Part shown: positions 14,701 to 26,379 of the stretch, piece by piece
How the letters are laid out: every line of letters begins with the position of its first letter
Position numbering within the stretch: the first letter of the stretch is position 1
Assembly: GCA_036172245.1 (NCBI GenBank)
Contig: JAYWIR010000032.1
Coordinates: 2,542,001 to 2,606,000, forward strand
Source of the DNA: Raillietiella orientalis
Taxonomy: Eukaryota
DNA: 64,000 nt
Direction: 5' to 3'
Program-made: the position numbers and the translations under genes
The notes under the pieces: generated by a model
What the model saw: only the letters and a program-made list of their open reading frames with translations
Told to the model about the DNA's origin: nothing
Database searches by the model: none

Positions 14701-15093
14701 ACATCTCTGATGGTGGCTGCGGGGCACGTACCCTTCCACTGAAGTAAACCACGCAAAAAATTACTCTTACTGGATAGGGGACTCCTATGCCACACAGAAC
14801 GAAGCTACCCCTTCGTCTAAAGAAGCAGAAGGACCTGGTAAAAGCAACTAGTTAAATATCCGAACAATCATCACATTCAGTAGGTCTGCATAACAATGTT
14901 CAAAGGGCCTCATGCAGAAGAGAAAGCTCTAGCATTCCCCTTTCACGAGTTCAGCTTGCGTTGCTGCATGACATAAAATGGAAGGATCTTTTCCATGCTG
15001 GTCTTCTGGCAGGTGTCCACTCGACTCACCCTCCTCCGCTCCCTCCACAGGAACAGAGCAACGGTTACCACGTACTCCAGTGAAGAAACCTTT

Positions 15094-17648
15094 TTATTTG
15101 GTTCCCATCTTCGGATCTGAAGATGCCCGAGGACTGTTCCAGTGGCCCAGGCGTTCCTTGTTGATTTTGTCAATGAGCCATTGCTGCATTGGCAAGGAAT
15201 CATTGCACGTGTCCAAATACAGTGTTTCAGCCACTGGATCTCCTTGCAGGCACTTGTCCCCATGTTTCAGGTGTTTGAGGGTGTCATCATACTGCCACAG
15301 CTGGTTGCCCTCTCCCCCATGACATGGCCAAAGCTTTAAGGATGGCTTGGTCTCACCACCAGGAACATCTACACACATGTGTCTGTCAGCCAGGCTGATG
15401 TCCTTCCTCCATGTCAGACGGAAATGCTGTTGATGACAGTTGCAACCCACTCTCCTTTTCCTCCCCTACACCTGTTCTCTATCCAGTGGATTGCAGGCAC
15501 GCAACTTAATATCTTCACCCCTGTCCCTCTTCATAGCATCAATACAGAAGTTGGGAGAGGAGGCTAGGAAGATCTGGTGGATACACATTAGGTATTCTTT
15601 CCTCATAGAACCTCTCTCCCCAAACCTTGCCCGAGGCAAAATCATCTGGCTCAATTGGTGGGTATTTGAGTGGTTGATCGAAGGCTATCTCCTCCATGAA
15701 CCATTTGAAAGTTCGGCAATGCAGCTTCTGGCGCAGATTTTTCTGTTTAGTCAGGTCACCAGGGTGAACATTCAGCCAGTTTGGTTTACGCTTGTACAGG
15801 TATTCCTTGTACTCATCCATCCAGACCTCGGCCACTCGACGATAGTTCTGAACAGGCATCTGCCTGCCCTTGATTCTCCAGTTACCTTGCTCAGGAAATC
15901 GGTCTTCCTAGGATTGGGGAAGGGAGCGAACTTGCGGTAGATGTGGCCCAGACGGGAACATGGTGCATCCAGCATCTGTCCTCCACACTGCCAGATCTAC
16001 AACCAAAGAAACCACTCATGATTGATAGGACTTTAGTCAAAACTTTAGTCAAAGTACCTTGAAAGACAATTCGTATTGCTCACCTCCCCAGATGTCCAAA
16101 CCCTCATCATAGCCTTCCAGCTCCCAAAAGAAGGCAGCTGGAATGGCAAAAAGTCCTCCAGCCATGACTGGACTCCTGGGAGAGAATTCAAACATGAGAC
16201 ACCCAGACACTTTTACCTGAATGGTTCAGAAGGATGCAAGAGGTCTTCAGGAAGCAGGGGGAGACGTTTGTAATAAAATTCCCAGTCCCAAGAGCCCCTG
16301 GCTCCTTCATCCTGGGACCTGTACTCGAAACTTTCATAATCTATCACATCTATAAATGGACACACTGCTGTCCTCTCTTTCTTGACCATGGGATCAAGCA
16401 AGGGAGGCAACCAGTTTACATTTGCTTCAACATGAGAGTCCAGAAACACCAGCACATCTCCTTTGGCAGCACGAGCCCCTGCCATGCGGGCTCGAATCAA
16501 CCCTGATCTCTCAGGAAGGTGTAGCACATGCACTTTTGAAAAATTGTGGGCCACATAGTCATCCAAGGGTTTTTTCAAGAACTCTGTGAATTTCATTGTA
16601 GGCAGTATACAGAATAGCCAGAATACCTTTGGTACTACAATCATCCACCAAAATAATTTCTAGTAACAACTCTGGGGGTGATCTGTTAAACACACTGGTT
16701 GCTGTTCTCAACAAGGTGCTCCAGTGTTCATTGTAAAAGGGAACTATCACACTCACAGAAGGCAAATTGGCCAAATACTTTTTATTTTTACAGCTGAAAA
16801 ATGCAATCATGAATAGAATAAATGGTTCACAAACTTACTCAGGATGCCTAATATCTGGCAAAGAGCGGTTTAAAGCAATATGATCACTAGCCAATGCATT
16901 AAAACCATTCTCTTTATACAGGATCTCCTTCCTTTCCTCCAAGCCTTGTGGTAAACTGTATGATGCTCCATGCTCTCCAGGGCCTATGTGACAAATATGA
17001 TGCTAATCCTTGTACTACTACCAAAATGTGAATCCGGTCAATGTTTCACAACTTATTGGAACCAAACTCAAGCGAACTTAATAAAAGGGGAATAGACAAG
17101 GCTTATACCTTTTTATAAGCTTTAATGCAAGCCTTCCTTAGCCTGCAGACCAGTTGCCGGTTTGCAAGTAGTCTGCATAAATTACCAACTATCTTAATAT
17201 ATCAGTTCTTATCTTTATAAAGTATTTAATGTTTCCCATCATGTAAGCGTGGATCGGAACGGATCCTCCATCAACTCAATGACAAAGGATCATTATTCAT
17301 TGGTCAAACAATCTTCCAAGTGATATAAGGGTTACCCTGGGCCAAAGTTGTAAAACACACATCTTCTCGTTCATTTTCTCAGAATTCTAACACAAACCTT
17401 GCTTCCTTTCATCTTCTACTATGAGCTGGTAATTATGCCAATCCTTTACAGCATATAAATCAAAAGTTTGCAGTTTCTTCTGGAAATTGGGTCAATTTCA
17501 CACGTGCACAGACTTTACTACTTACATAAAATTCTCTGGAAAGCACTGCGGGCCTCCTTTTTGTTATCATCACAAACGTTAACACAGTCAATGTGCCGAT
17601 CAACAGCGCGTAACTTTTCACGATCCTTAACTTCCTTCTTGGGAACAT
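15094..17648 (-). CDS. GALNT10: Polypeptide N-acetylgalactosaminyltransferase, GALNT10/pgant6-type, 589 aa. Exons 17648-17526, 17479-17398, 16983-16839, 16793-16627, 16583-16217, 16175-16058, 15996-15886, 15847-15626, 15573-15472, 15426-15094.
   Basis: Type II TM anchor ([16 protein letters not shown]), then [43 protein letters not shown], DxH motif [37 protein letters not shown], and a ricin-type lectin domain ([10 protein letters not shown]). All 9 introns are GT-AG and the exons sum to 1770 nt with an uninterrupted frame. Confidence 0.95.
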
Positions 17649-20600
17649 GATCCCACAACATATTACAAAAGGATCCGGCACTGGTCGCACAGAACATCAG
17701 CTTGCTGTTGCAATGAAATGGGAGCATTAAATCAATCAAGGTTACTGAGGCGGTGTTTCACAAATCCTTAAGATTACGACACTGTGAAGTGATCCAAATG
17801 ATCTGCAGAAGAGCACGGGGATCTTCCTTGGGTGGCCGGAAAAGCTTCCACACACATCACACCGCAACGGCTGGAAACGTCACAGCCATCGAGTCCATCA
17901 TGCATAATTTCGTTTTTCGGGTCGCCACCTGATTAGGATCTCATCTTGGGATTGCAAATACGGGCCTGCGTGTTTGAAAAACGCGCTTTGGAGTGTTTCT
18001 GCAGCCCCGCGCGTGAACACCGCAGTGGAAGGGCAGAGCGCGGAAGGACCGCGCGAAGACGGCACTCGCCATGCGCGGATGGCGCGTCCACTACCGACGG
18101 ACCCACTTGCTCCGGCAACCTACTCGTTCCCGGTCACCGCGGAGATCTACCGGCCACGACCGTGATGCACAGCGTACAGGAGCACACACGCGATCCCAAA
18201 CACGGGCGAACGACGGTGCACGGAAACTGGTGTGCCGTGCACCGGGAGGGGAAGCGTCTCGACTCGCTCACAAATCGGAGACCGACTCGACTGACGTGGC
18301 GCACTCCGGAAACAGTGGCCAGGCAGCAGCCTGGAGTCGTCTGCGAGGCAGGGAGGCAGGCGGCGAGCAAACATTCGTTGTCAGATAAGCAAGAAAGGGA
18401 ACTTCCAGGCTGCAACACAACACACAAGCGTGGGAAGAGTCGAACAGGGAAGGGCGCTGCAGGTGTGCTTCCGAGGACCCCAAAACAGAGTCGTCTCTGC
18501 CGCTGGCAGGGAGGTTCCAAACGCAGCTTTGCGAAAGTGCGGAGGAGGGGAACGCACTGTCTCCGTGGTGAACGCACTGTCTTCCCCGCTAGGCACTCCC
18601 ACCTGAAACGTCCTGGCTTCCCTCTCTCTGGCCCATAAGCAGTAGGAAAACACAACGATGGGAAGGAGACCTGCAGCTGTGGAACGACATCAGCCTCATC
18701 TTCCTTTATGCAGAGGAGAACCACGCAAGCGAGCAAGGACAGAGAAAGGAAAGACGGAATAAAGGATAGCTCACCTGATCAAGAGCTCGGGAGGAGAAGG
18801 CGGAGGTTCCTTATTCAAAGGAGGAAGCTACCGAGAGCCCCTTCTCCCATTGCTCATCCTTTCCAGAGACATGACACTGGCCCCTTGTGGCACCCCTGTC
18901 GCTTCAGGGTGGCGTTTTCCATGCTTCCTCGGCTCCAGGTAGGGGGGCCATGGGAAAGTTGAACTCTTCCTGGAGATAGAGGGACCGGGTCTCCCTTCCC
19001 CCTCCCCCGCCCAGCAGAGTAGAGGTCACAGGCGGAAGCCGCGCTCGCGTTCCGTCCCGTTCTCCAAAACGGATCCCAGATGGCTCAAGCATGCGTGGGA
19101 ATCAGCGGATGCAGGAGGGAGCGCGCATGCGCGCGAGGTAGGTGAAGTCTCGCCAGGAGGACCTTGCGGAGGGGGTGAGACCGCGTGCAGGCCTTGGGTG
19201 AGAACGACAGTTCTGGACCGCCGCTAGCGGGGAGGAGCAAGTCGGGAAGCCAAAGGGCGGAACCTCATCGCTTCCTCCGTTCCCTGCCTTCCTGCACACC
19301 CTCTGCTTCCTGCTTTTCCCTCTCCGGACCTGCCCTGCGCTCTCAGGGGCTCCCCGGCAGAGAGTGCTCTTGAAGCTCACGTATTTCCTCCAGGTAGGCG
19401 CCGGCTGAAGAGCAGCTCCGGGAGGAGGTCACCCCTCCTGGGAAGCAGCCGTGGATGCTACGGAGCGGGCCTGGGTCGACGGCTTCCTGCAGCGTAGGAG
19501 CGGATCCCGACCGCGATCCCCCCCCCAGCCGGGATGATGCCGGCTCGCTGCTCCTGCGCAGTCGCCCGCAAGTCCCGACCCACGCGTGCCTGAGCCGAAA
19601 GGAAGAGGCCTATTTCCTTGCCTACACCCTTTGACGCTGCTGGAGCGAGCTACACTCGGACACCCTCCTCTGTTCCTTCCCATCTCCTGCCCGCAAGTGC
19701 GCGCTCCGCCTCTCTCCCTCCCGGAGAGACGGAAGAATGTCCGCCCAGGTGCCCACAACCGTCAAACGAGCGGCTGGGGGCACCCGCCGCCCCCGGGATG
19801 CGCGCATCATCGCCGCCAACACCGGTCCCCGAGGTGCTGGCCACCTGCATGATCCCTTCTCAGGTGTTTTCTTGGGCTGACAGTGCGGGAGGGCCCTGCC
19901 CGGAAGAGGTTCTGCCTTCCGCAGAGAGGCAAAAGTGTGGATTCTCAAGAGAATGGACCGAGGCTAAGTGGACGCTCCTGGACGAACCTTCACTCAGTGA
20001 GCTTGGCTGGTAGAAAAAGAGAAAGAGAGAGAGAAAGACAGGAGATCATCCGTTCCAGTGCACCGGGAAGCCAGGAGGTGGTGCAGGAATTGCGAAGCGT
20101 TTGGAAGGCGAAGGGCGCGCCGCCAGGTTCCACAGGCAGTGCCCTGGGGACATAGCTGCCTCGTCGCTCGGCCGTCAACTTCTCAGGTAGCGAGCCAACC
20201 CATCCGAAACTTCGGGCGGTAGCCGCCAGGAGTGCAGAGCACCAGGATGGGACAAGGCGATGTCGGGGAAGACCAAGTTCCTCCGAGGGCGTAGCTGGCG
20301 GGAGTCCGAGCGTGCCACAGTCCGCAGGACATAGAGGAAGAGCTCGACGATTGGGTTTAGATGAAGGGGAGCTTTAGATTGACCTGCGCCCATGCGGATA
20401 ACGGGTGGGAAGAACACCGGAAACAACAATTGCCAGAATGAAAATGCAGCCTCCACACCAGGGAGCATTCGTCCCTATGTGAAACACGATGATGACGTGG
20501 ACGAAGCTGGGGAATGCAAAAAAGGATTCTTGGTCAAACTGGCTCACAACTGACCCGATCATCTTCCATTCCCTCCGTCCTGCCCGACGCAGACCCCGAG

Positions 20601-21799
20601 CAGGCACATTTTTCTGCCGCTCCGGCTGCTTTGTTGCCCGCGCCCCCGACCCGGAAGACGTAACCTCCGAAGGGTCGTTGACTCGCTAGAGTGCTTTGGC
20701 CCCGCCCGAGAAGGCCAGGTGATGCTCTTGCTCTTTTGTGGTGGGGAGCTCGGTTTTCCGGCCGAGGGATCTGCAGCCCTGCAGGGTGCTCACTGCCCAC
20801 GAAGCTGGAGGGCATTCAGGTGCTGTTCCAGGAAGTTTTATAACCGCGAGACTTCAAGTTCCGAAGAACTGACCTCTCCGCCCACCAGACTGTGACGCAG
20901 TGCAGAGGCGGCTGACTAAGTCGACGGTCCACTCCAGGACGATGCTGGAGTGTGCACCTAAGTTACTCACGGCACAAACCCACCCCTTGCTACAAGCTGG
21001 GGAAACTAGGGAGGGCTGGATCTGCGAGCTCTGCATGCTGCCGAACCTCGAAAGTTCCGTGTATTTAGGGAACAGCCGGAGGCGCTTTCGCTGCTTAGCA
21101 GTGGCAGGCCTTTGAGCAGCCCACCTGCAAAAACACAGAGGTGGCTTCGAAAGTCTTCGCTGACCCGCTGAGGGTAGCAAGTTCTACGCCGTGAGGAAGA
21201 CCACTGGCTAGTCCGTGATCCGCCTTCCGGACATCACGAGAGTTTCCTAAGTTTGCCACCATTCAGACTCTGCAGCACAGGTCAAACTTACTTCCGGTTA
21301 TGGGGGATCTCTCAAAAGTCTGGCTGTGCCGAGCGATGAATGGCAGTCGCCTGGCAAACTACGGATTGGAGAGGGATAGTAGACCTGTGGTCCCTAGGTA
21401 AACCCCAGATCTGTAGCCACTGCAAGGTCCGGGCCACCGGGAAAGGCTGTTCCCCAAGATTCGCTGTCACTACCGAGACCAGCTTGACCACTTGGCGCTC
21501 CGAGTGCCCTGAGATGTCTGTACGGTGTCCTTGTGCTGCGCGCTGCAAAGTCGAGACCTTTGAGGACTTCCGGAAGTCCTCTCTAGGTTCGCTGAGTACC
21601 TCAAGAGCCATCGTGCGCCTGGTGGCTCATGCAGCTCTTCAGCATTGTTCCACGCCACCCGAGGGTGCGTGTATTTCTTCAAGATAGGGGTTCGCCCAGG
21701 GAGGTGACCACCCTATGAATCCAGGAAGGGTTCGGAGTTCGTTCCTCTCAAGCCCAAAGAGGGATCCACGAAATTGAGCTCACCTCCAACCTGGTTGTA

Positions 21800-22005
21800 T
21801 CCGAAGGGAACTCCGAAGGGAATCTTCCTTGTTCTCTCCAGAGGGACTCCCGGAGGGGTCTGCTCCGAAGGGAACCCGGAAAGGATCCACCAATCAGGAA
21901 CTTCTCCGGAGGGGACCCTCAAGGGAACCACTCCTGTTTACTCCTCTGAAGACAACCCTGAAAGGACCCTTTCGAATTTTCTCAGGGGTGCGCACCCGGA
22001 AGGGA
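21800..22005. repeat. Array of ~5-6 degenerate ~24-nt units (plus-strand consensus TCTCCGAAGGGAACCCGGAAGGGA) with variable spacers, in the 5' region of copy A
   Basis: Units are visible directly and are colinear with the array at 32890-33131. Confidence 0.75.
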
Positions 22006-22311
22006 GCGGCACAATTCTCTGCACTCTGGAGTGATTAACACATCTACTCCATGGTACGACACGGAGGCCCCCCCCCCGAAGGGGACAGCGGTCCGCTCCT
22101 TTGCACAACTGGAGGAGAACTCCCACTCCTTGATTCTGTTTCCTGGAAAGACACAGAGGTCGACTCCCAATACCGGTCATTCATCGTGAGCATCCGGTTT
22201 GAACCGCTCCAAATGAATGACCGGGATTGAGCCCGAATGAATAGATGCCAGCGTCATCTCGCGGGAGGAACTCAAACTTGAGACGCATCCCCATCTCTCG
22301 GTGTCGATTCT

Positions 22312-22386
22312 CTCCAAATATTCGAACCCGCGACGTTTGATGTCACGCGCAGAGACCTCAGCAGCCACGAGGCCTCCGACGCGGGC
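22312..22386 (-). promoter_or_regulatory. tRNA(His)-like head (Pol III A-box/B-box) at the 5' end of copy A
   Basis: Minus strand GCCCGCGTCGGAG-GCCT-CGTGGCTGCTG-AGGT-C-TCTGC-GC[GTG]AC-ATCAA-ACGTC-GCGGG-TTCGAAT. D-arm, GTG at the anticodon position and GGTTCGAAT fall in tRNA register; acceptor and anticodon stems do not pair. Confidence 0.65.
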
Positions 22387-22569
22387 ATCGAGCATTATGA
22401 ACATCAAGCTCTCCGCTGACTGTTCGAGAATTGACCGTTTTCTTACGGCAACTTGCACCAAAGCCCGAAATCGGGAAACTGATCAAGAAAACCCACAGAA
22501 GAATTGTGAGCAGCCTGCAGGGAAACCAAAACCGGACCACATGTTTTCACCTACTGGATCTCAGTTGGG

Positions 22570-24370
22570 ACTTTCATTATAGAAGTGATAGAAATGCCGG
22601 AGGGAGAAAGCTGGTGGAAATTCTGGTGGGACTGTACGAAGGGGACAGTGTCGCTCCCAAGCATAGCCCCATAGCTACTTCTTTCTCATCACGACAGTCA
22701 TGATGCAGAGGAAAGGGAACATAAGCTGAAGACACATGACAGCAGTTGGCATAGAGGAGAGTCATGCCGACAGGGATGACACCACTTCCAAATGAGCAGG
22801 ATACGACAGAGACGACGCAGAGGAACCCCAGAAGGGTGAAGACGCTTCCGGCCGCGAGCAGCGGTCGCTGTCCACTCGCGGCTCTTGGGGCTGCCGCCCA
22901 TTGGATGCCGAGGCCGTCGAGACAGATGACCACCAATCGCGGGCTCCAGCCAAACGCTGGAGAACGAAAAGCTGCAAAGAGCAGACTGACAAACGTCTCT
23001 TCGAGCGACTCCCTCTTCACCTTGCTGAAGGGGACGGGGACGAGGAGAATCACGATTCAGGAGGGCTAATGATGCCCTTGTAACATCTGCACTTCCAGAG
23101 GTCCACGCGCCGATGAGCACCGCGGGTCCGCGACTTCTCCCTTCCCGACTGAGCAATGGCGCAGGGAGTCGTCTCCTGCCGAAGCGTCCGCGTAAGCCTG
23201 CTGGAACGCCAGTAAGTCTCTCACCAGCTCGAAGAAAGCGCGAGGTGACGAGCATCGTCCCTTCCGTTCGACCTCGCGCTCCTCCAGGAACCCCAGACGA
23301 TCTGCCTGCACAAAGTGGCGGCACGTCGCGGGTGGGGAGGAGGGCGAACTGCTCTGGCAGTGCGACGCTGAGCAAACGTGGATGTGGCGGCCTTCTGGCG
23401 TTTCCTTCGCCGCTAGGGAAGCACAGAAGGTCAAGTCGTCCGACTGGCACTGACGTGGTCCAACCCGCCAATCTCGTCGTTACGAAGGTGTACGCACCCA
23501 GCTGGCAGCGCAGAGGGGCCGACCTAACGGGGTCCATTGGTCTGCTCGGGTGAAGCAATGGGTCACCGAACCCGATGCCCACGCGGTCCACTTCAACATC
23601 CGTTTGCTGACGGATGAAAACGAGGCGCTTCGTTCGCAAGAAAGCAGGAGATCCAGGGATGTTTTTCTAGCAAAGAGGAAATTTGCCCCAAGTGAGAGCA
23701 GAAAGCTGTTACCATTATGCGACAAGATGGACGCCGGTCTCTCGTCGCCAATTACAGGACGGAAAATGGCATGCACCAGTTTCTGGTCCACAATTTGATA
23801 CAACGTGACAGTCTCCGGAACTGCAAACTTTTAGTTCGATCTTCTCCAGAACCTGGAGGCCTAAATCGACCATACGACGTGGAGCCACTAACTCTCTGAG
23901 GAGGATTCTGGACCTTACAGTTCCCACAGGACTTTGCGCAATGGGTGCTGTGCCCGGAGAATCTCCAAACAGGGGAATGCAGACTTTGTTTGTCCACCTC
24001 CGAATGGGAGATGGACAAGGAACAGGAACTGGAGAAGGTGAAAACGAAAGAGCACTATAGCATAGCCCGTCCTAGAAAGAAGTTGTCACACACGAACGGG
24101 TCCAGTGGCTTGGCCAGTCTCTCGCGGCAAATGGACCAGGCTTTGCAGCACAGGAGTCGAGTACTAGTACTGAAGGCATTTGATGTACCTGCTGTGGTGA
24201 TGCTCAAGTGGATCCAGTTCGACCGTTCCTCCAACGACTCTCTGCCGAGGACGACCGCACTTTTCTGCATGTCGGGGCTCGTGCCTGCTCCCCGGCGGGC
24301 CAGCTCCAAGACCTCTTGGGACTTCGGAGTACTCATGAGCAGCAGGAGATTCAGGTTGTCCATACCTTAT
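22570..24370 (-). mobile_element. 5'-truncated, decayed copy of the GC-rich Tx1/L1-like family (RT5 to C-terminus)
   Basis: MDNLNLLLLMSTP..ELARRGAG..SNWIHLSITT and VRSRILLRELVAPRRMVDLGLQVLEKIEL align with the better copies (YADDLLLLLPLSTP..ELIRRGAG..WIRLGIPT; RSRIRLKDLAAPRRDAGLGVLTLERIGL). Confidence 0.75.
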
Positions 24371-25652
24371 TCTTCATTAACTGAGTAGACCACCATCTCC
24401 CAGGGTCTTTCCAGAGCAGCACCTTTCCCAAGGGCATCACCTGCCCTAATGCGGGTCTACTGACAAAGTGTCTTTACTTTCTAAGGTTTGACGAGGTAAC
24501 TCCATATCTTTGATTAGGGATGTGAAGTAGTCTTCCGTCGATCATAGAAGGCACACTAAGGTCAACGAGCACTCGAGACAAGAAGCCATTATGGTGTCTC
24601 CGAAAAGAAAAAATCCAAGCAGTTCACGGGAGAGCTCCGGCAGCACATCCATACGTACTAGCGTGAAAACGCAGGCCCTCGGAAATTATGCTTATCATCC
24701 CACATTTATTTATTTATTGATCCTCCCTCCACTCCCTCCATCGTTGTTTGCCAGGTGAGGTTTGGTACCATTCATATCGGGCCGGAGCATGCCGGTCCGT
24801 TTCTTGTTGCAAAGTTTCATTCACTTGTGAATGAATGGTCCGGCGATCTGGGAAGAGGAGGTAGCGGCGGGCCACCACTCTCGGGATGCAGTACCATCGT
24901 TTCGCTGTCCGTGGACATGTTTAGTTTCGTTGTCCGTCAATTACGGGGGCATCTCGACACCGAACGTGGCTATCGAGGCGCAAGCTTCCTTCACAAAGAT
25001 TTGGAACCATTTAGCAATGCAGCCAACTCGCATTTAAAGTGCCACACGGGACTGCCAATTTCTCTTCCCCAACTATTTGTTGTTTTTATCCTCAAACAGG
25101 AAATTTCCAATATGATTCGATTTGCTCAGCTGGCAAGTGAAACATGCATTCTTAGCACCCATGGTAACACTTTCGTGGCGATGCAGAAAATCGTGATTCT
25201 TCATGTTAACAAGCATGTGGAACTGAGAATTAGCACCTATCAATGGATCGAGTGATGGAAGAAAGCACGATGTTTCTTTTTTACTTATCTCTGATGTACT
25301 TACATATCCAAAATGTACACATAGGCTTTGCAGACTAGTGCCGGGTGAGGAAAAATGCACTCTGCATGCCAAGAATCTTTGGCACACAGCAATCTACACG
25401 ATTGTATCCTCATATACGCTTAAACAACCAGCCACGCAGGCTGCACCATATCTTCATTCTGTCAAATGTAAAAATCTGTACCCTTAAATGCTCACAGTAA
25501 CTGCTGTTGCTCCTATCACCCCCTTATTCACCTTCAAAATGAGTAAATACGTCCGCCTTAATGTGTATCTTATTCTTGTATGTGTTTGCTAAAAAACTAT
25601 CGAAAGTCTGGAACGCATTTCAGAGTCCTTAGAAAAGATCGTTGGGGGATCT

Positions 25653-25856
25653 AGAACTCGCCCTGTGGGATGAACCAAACACTGTCTTACAGTGCCCAAT
25701 GCAACACTCATCAGATTCCATGAAAGGCACTGATTGCTACGCACAGCAGGATGGTGGCCATGAAAGTCGGAATCCGCCAAGGAGTGTGTAATGACTCACC
25801 TAACGAAGCAAGTAGCTCTGAAAATGGATGGCGCTCAAGCATCGAGACTATACCCC
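25653..25856 (+). pseudogene. 28S (LSU) rRNA fragment, ~200 nt, degenerate
   Basis: Contains eukaryotic LSU core motifs CTGTGGGATGAACCAAAC, ACAGCAGGA(T)GGTGGCCATG(A)AAGTCGGAATCCGC(C)AAGGAGTGTGTAA and CTGAAAATGGATGGCGCT. No other rDNA in the flanks. Confidence 0.9.
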
Positions 25857-26379
25857 ACCTCATTACTGTCTTCCAGCAATCTGCTAGAGGATCACCAGCA
25901 TGAACTTATTTCCTATTCAGCAATAGCACTTTGTTAACATGACAACTGCACCAAAAATTCAGTTAATTCATCCGCTTATTGTATTCCTCTTCAGTCAACC
26001 GGAGATGTTTTTCCTTTTTCCATATCTGACTTACCTGCATGGTAAGCAAATGTGGAATTTCCTGTTAACTACATAATATTTTGAAAGAGTATCTTCTTAA
26101 AGACTGTCCTCTTATTAGGTGAGAAATGAAGGGGAAACTAAGTAAAATAAAGGTGAGATCCATTTCTTTCTCTCAAATGTGTAACTTTTCCTACACTGCA
26201 GCTGGAAAAACATGCCAACTGATGCATCAATTTTCATGTGAATAGTGATTATCACTGAATAATTATTGCATAACTATCATTGCATAATTTCTACATTTGA
26301 TCCAAACTTGTTATGGTGAGACTCTTTATGAGTCTGATTCAATTAGACATATCATCATCAGAAATAGAAAATATATTAT

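Larger units (their letters stand above)
17930..22386 (-). mobile_element. Degenerate 5' half of an L1/Tx1-like LINE (copy A): tRNA-like head, repeat array, ORF1, APE relic
   Basis: ORF1-like EWKMIGSVVSQF...PPVIRMG (20400-20570). APE-like EDEADVV..LCFPTAYGP (~18640-18700) and SRVGLRFVS (~18280; cf. SRID.FVS). Colinear nucleotide similarity to 28780-33562. Confidence 0.6.

Noticed and set aside
21800..22005. CRISPR-like repeat-spacer appearance (also 32890-33131)
   Set aside because: Repeats are degenerate, spacers are short and unequal, there are no cas genes, and the context is eukaryotic. Treated as a LINE 5' array instead.
17888..22402. Possible TSD around copy A (CATAATGCTCGAT versus CATGATGGACTCGAT on the minus strand)
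   Set aside because: Needs a mismatch plus a 2-nt indel in ~14 nt; not distinguishable from chance.
24755..25255. 166-aa plus-strand ORF starting at a good splice acceptor
   Set aside because: No recognisable homology, partner exons or donor; left unannotated.
25653..25856. Functional rDNA unit or R2 target site
   Set aside because: Only ~200 nt with substitutions in conserved positions; no R2 insertion-site sequence or adjacent element.
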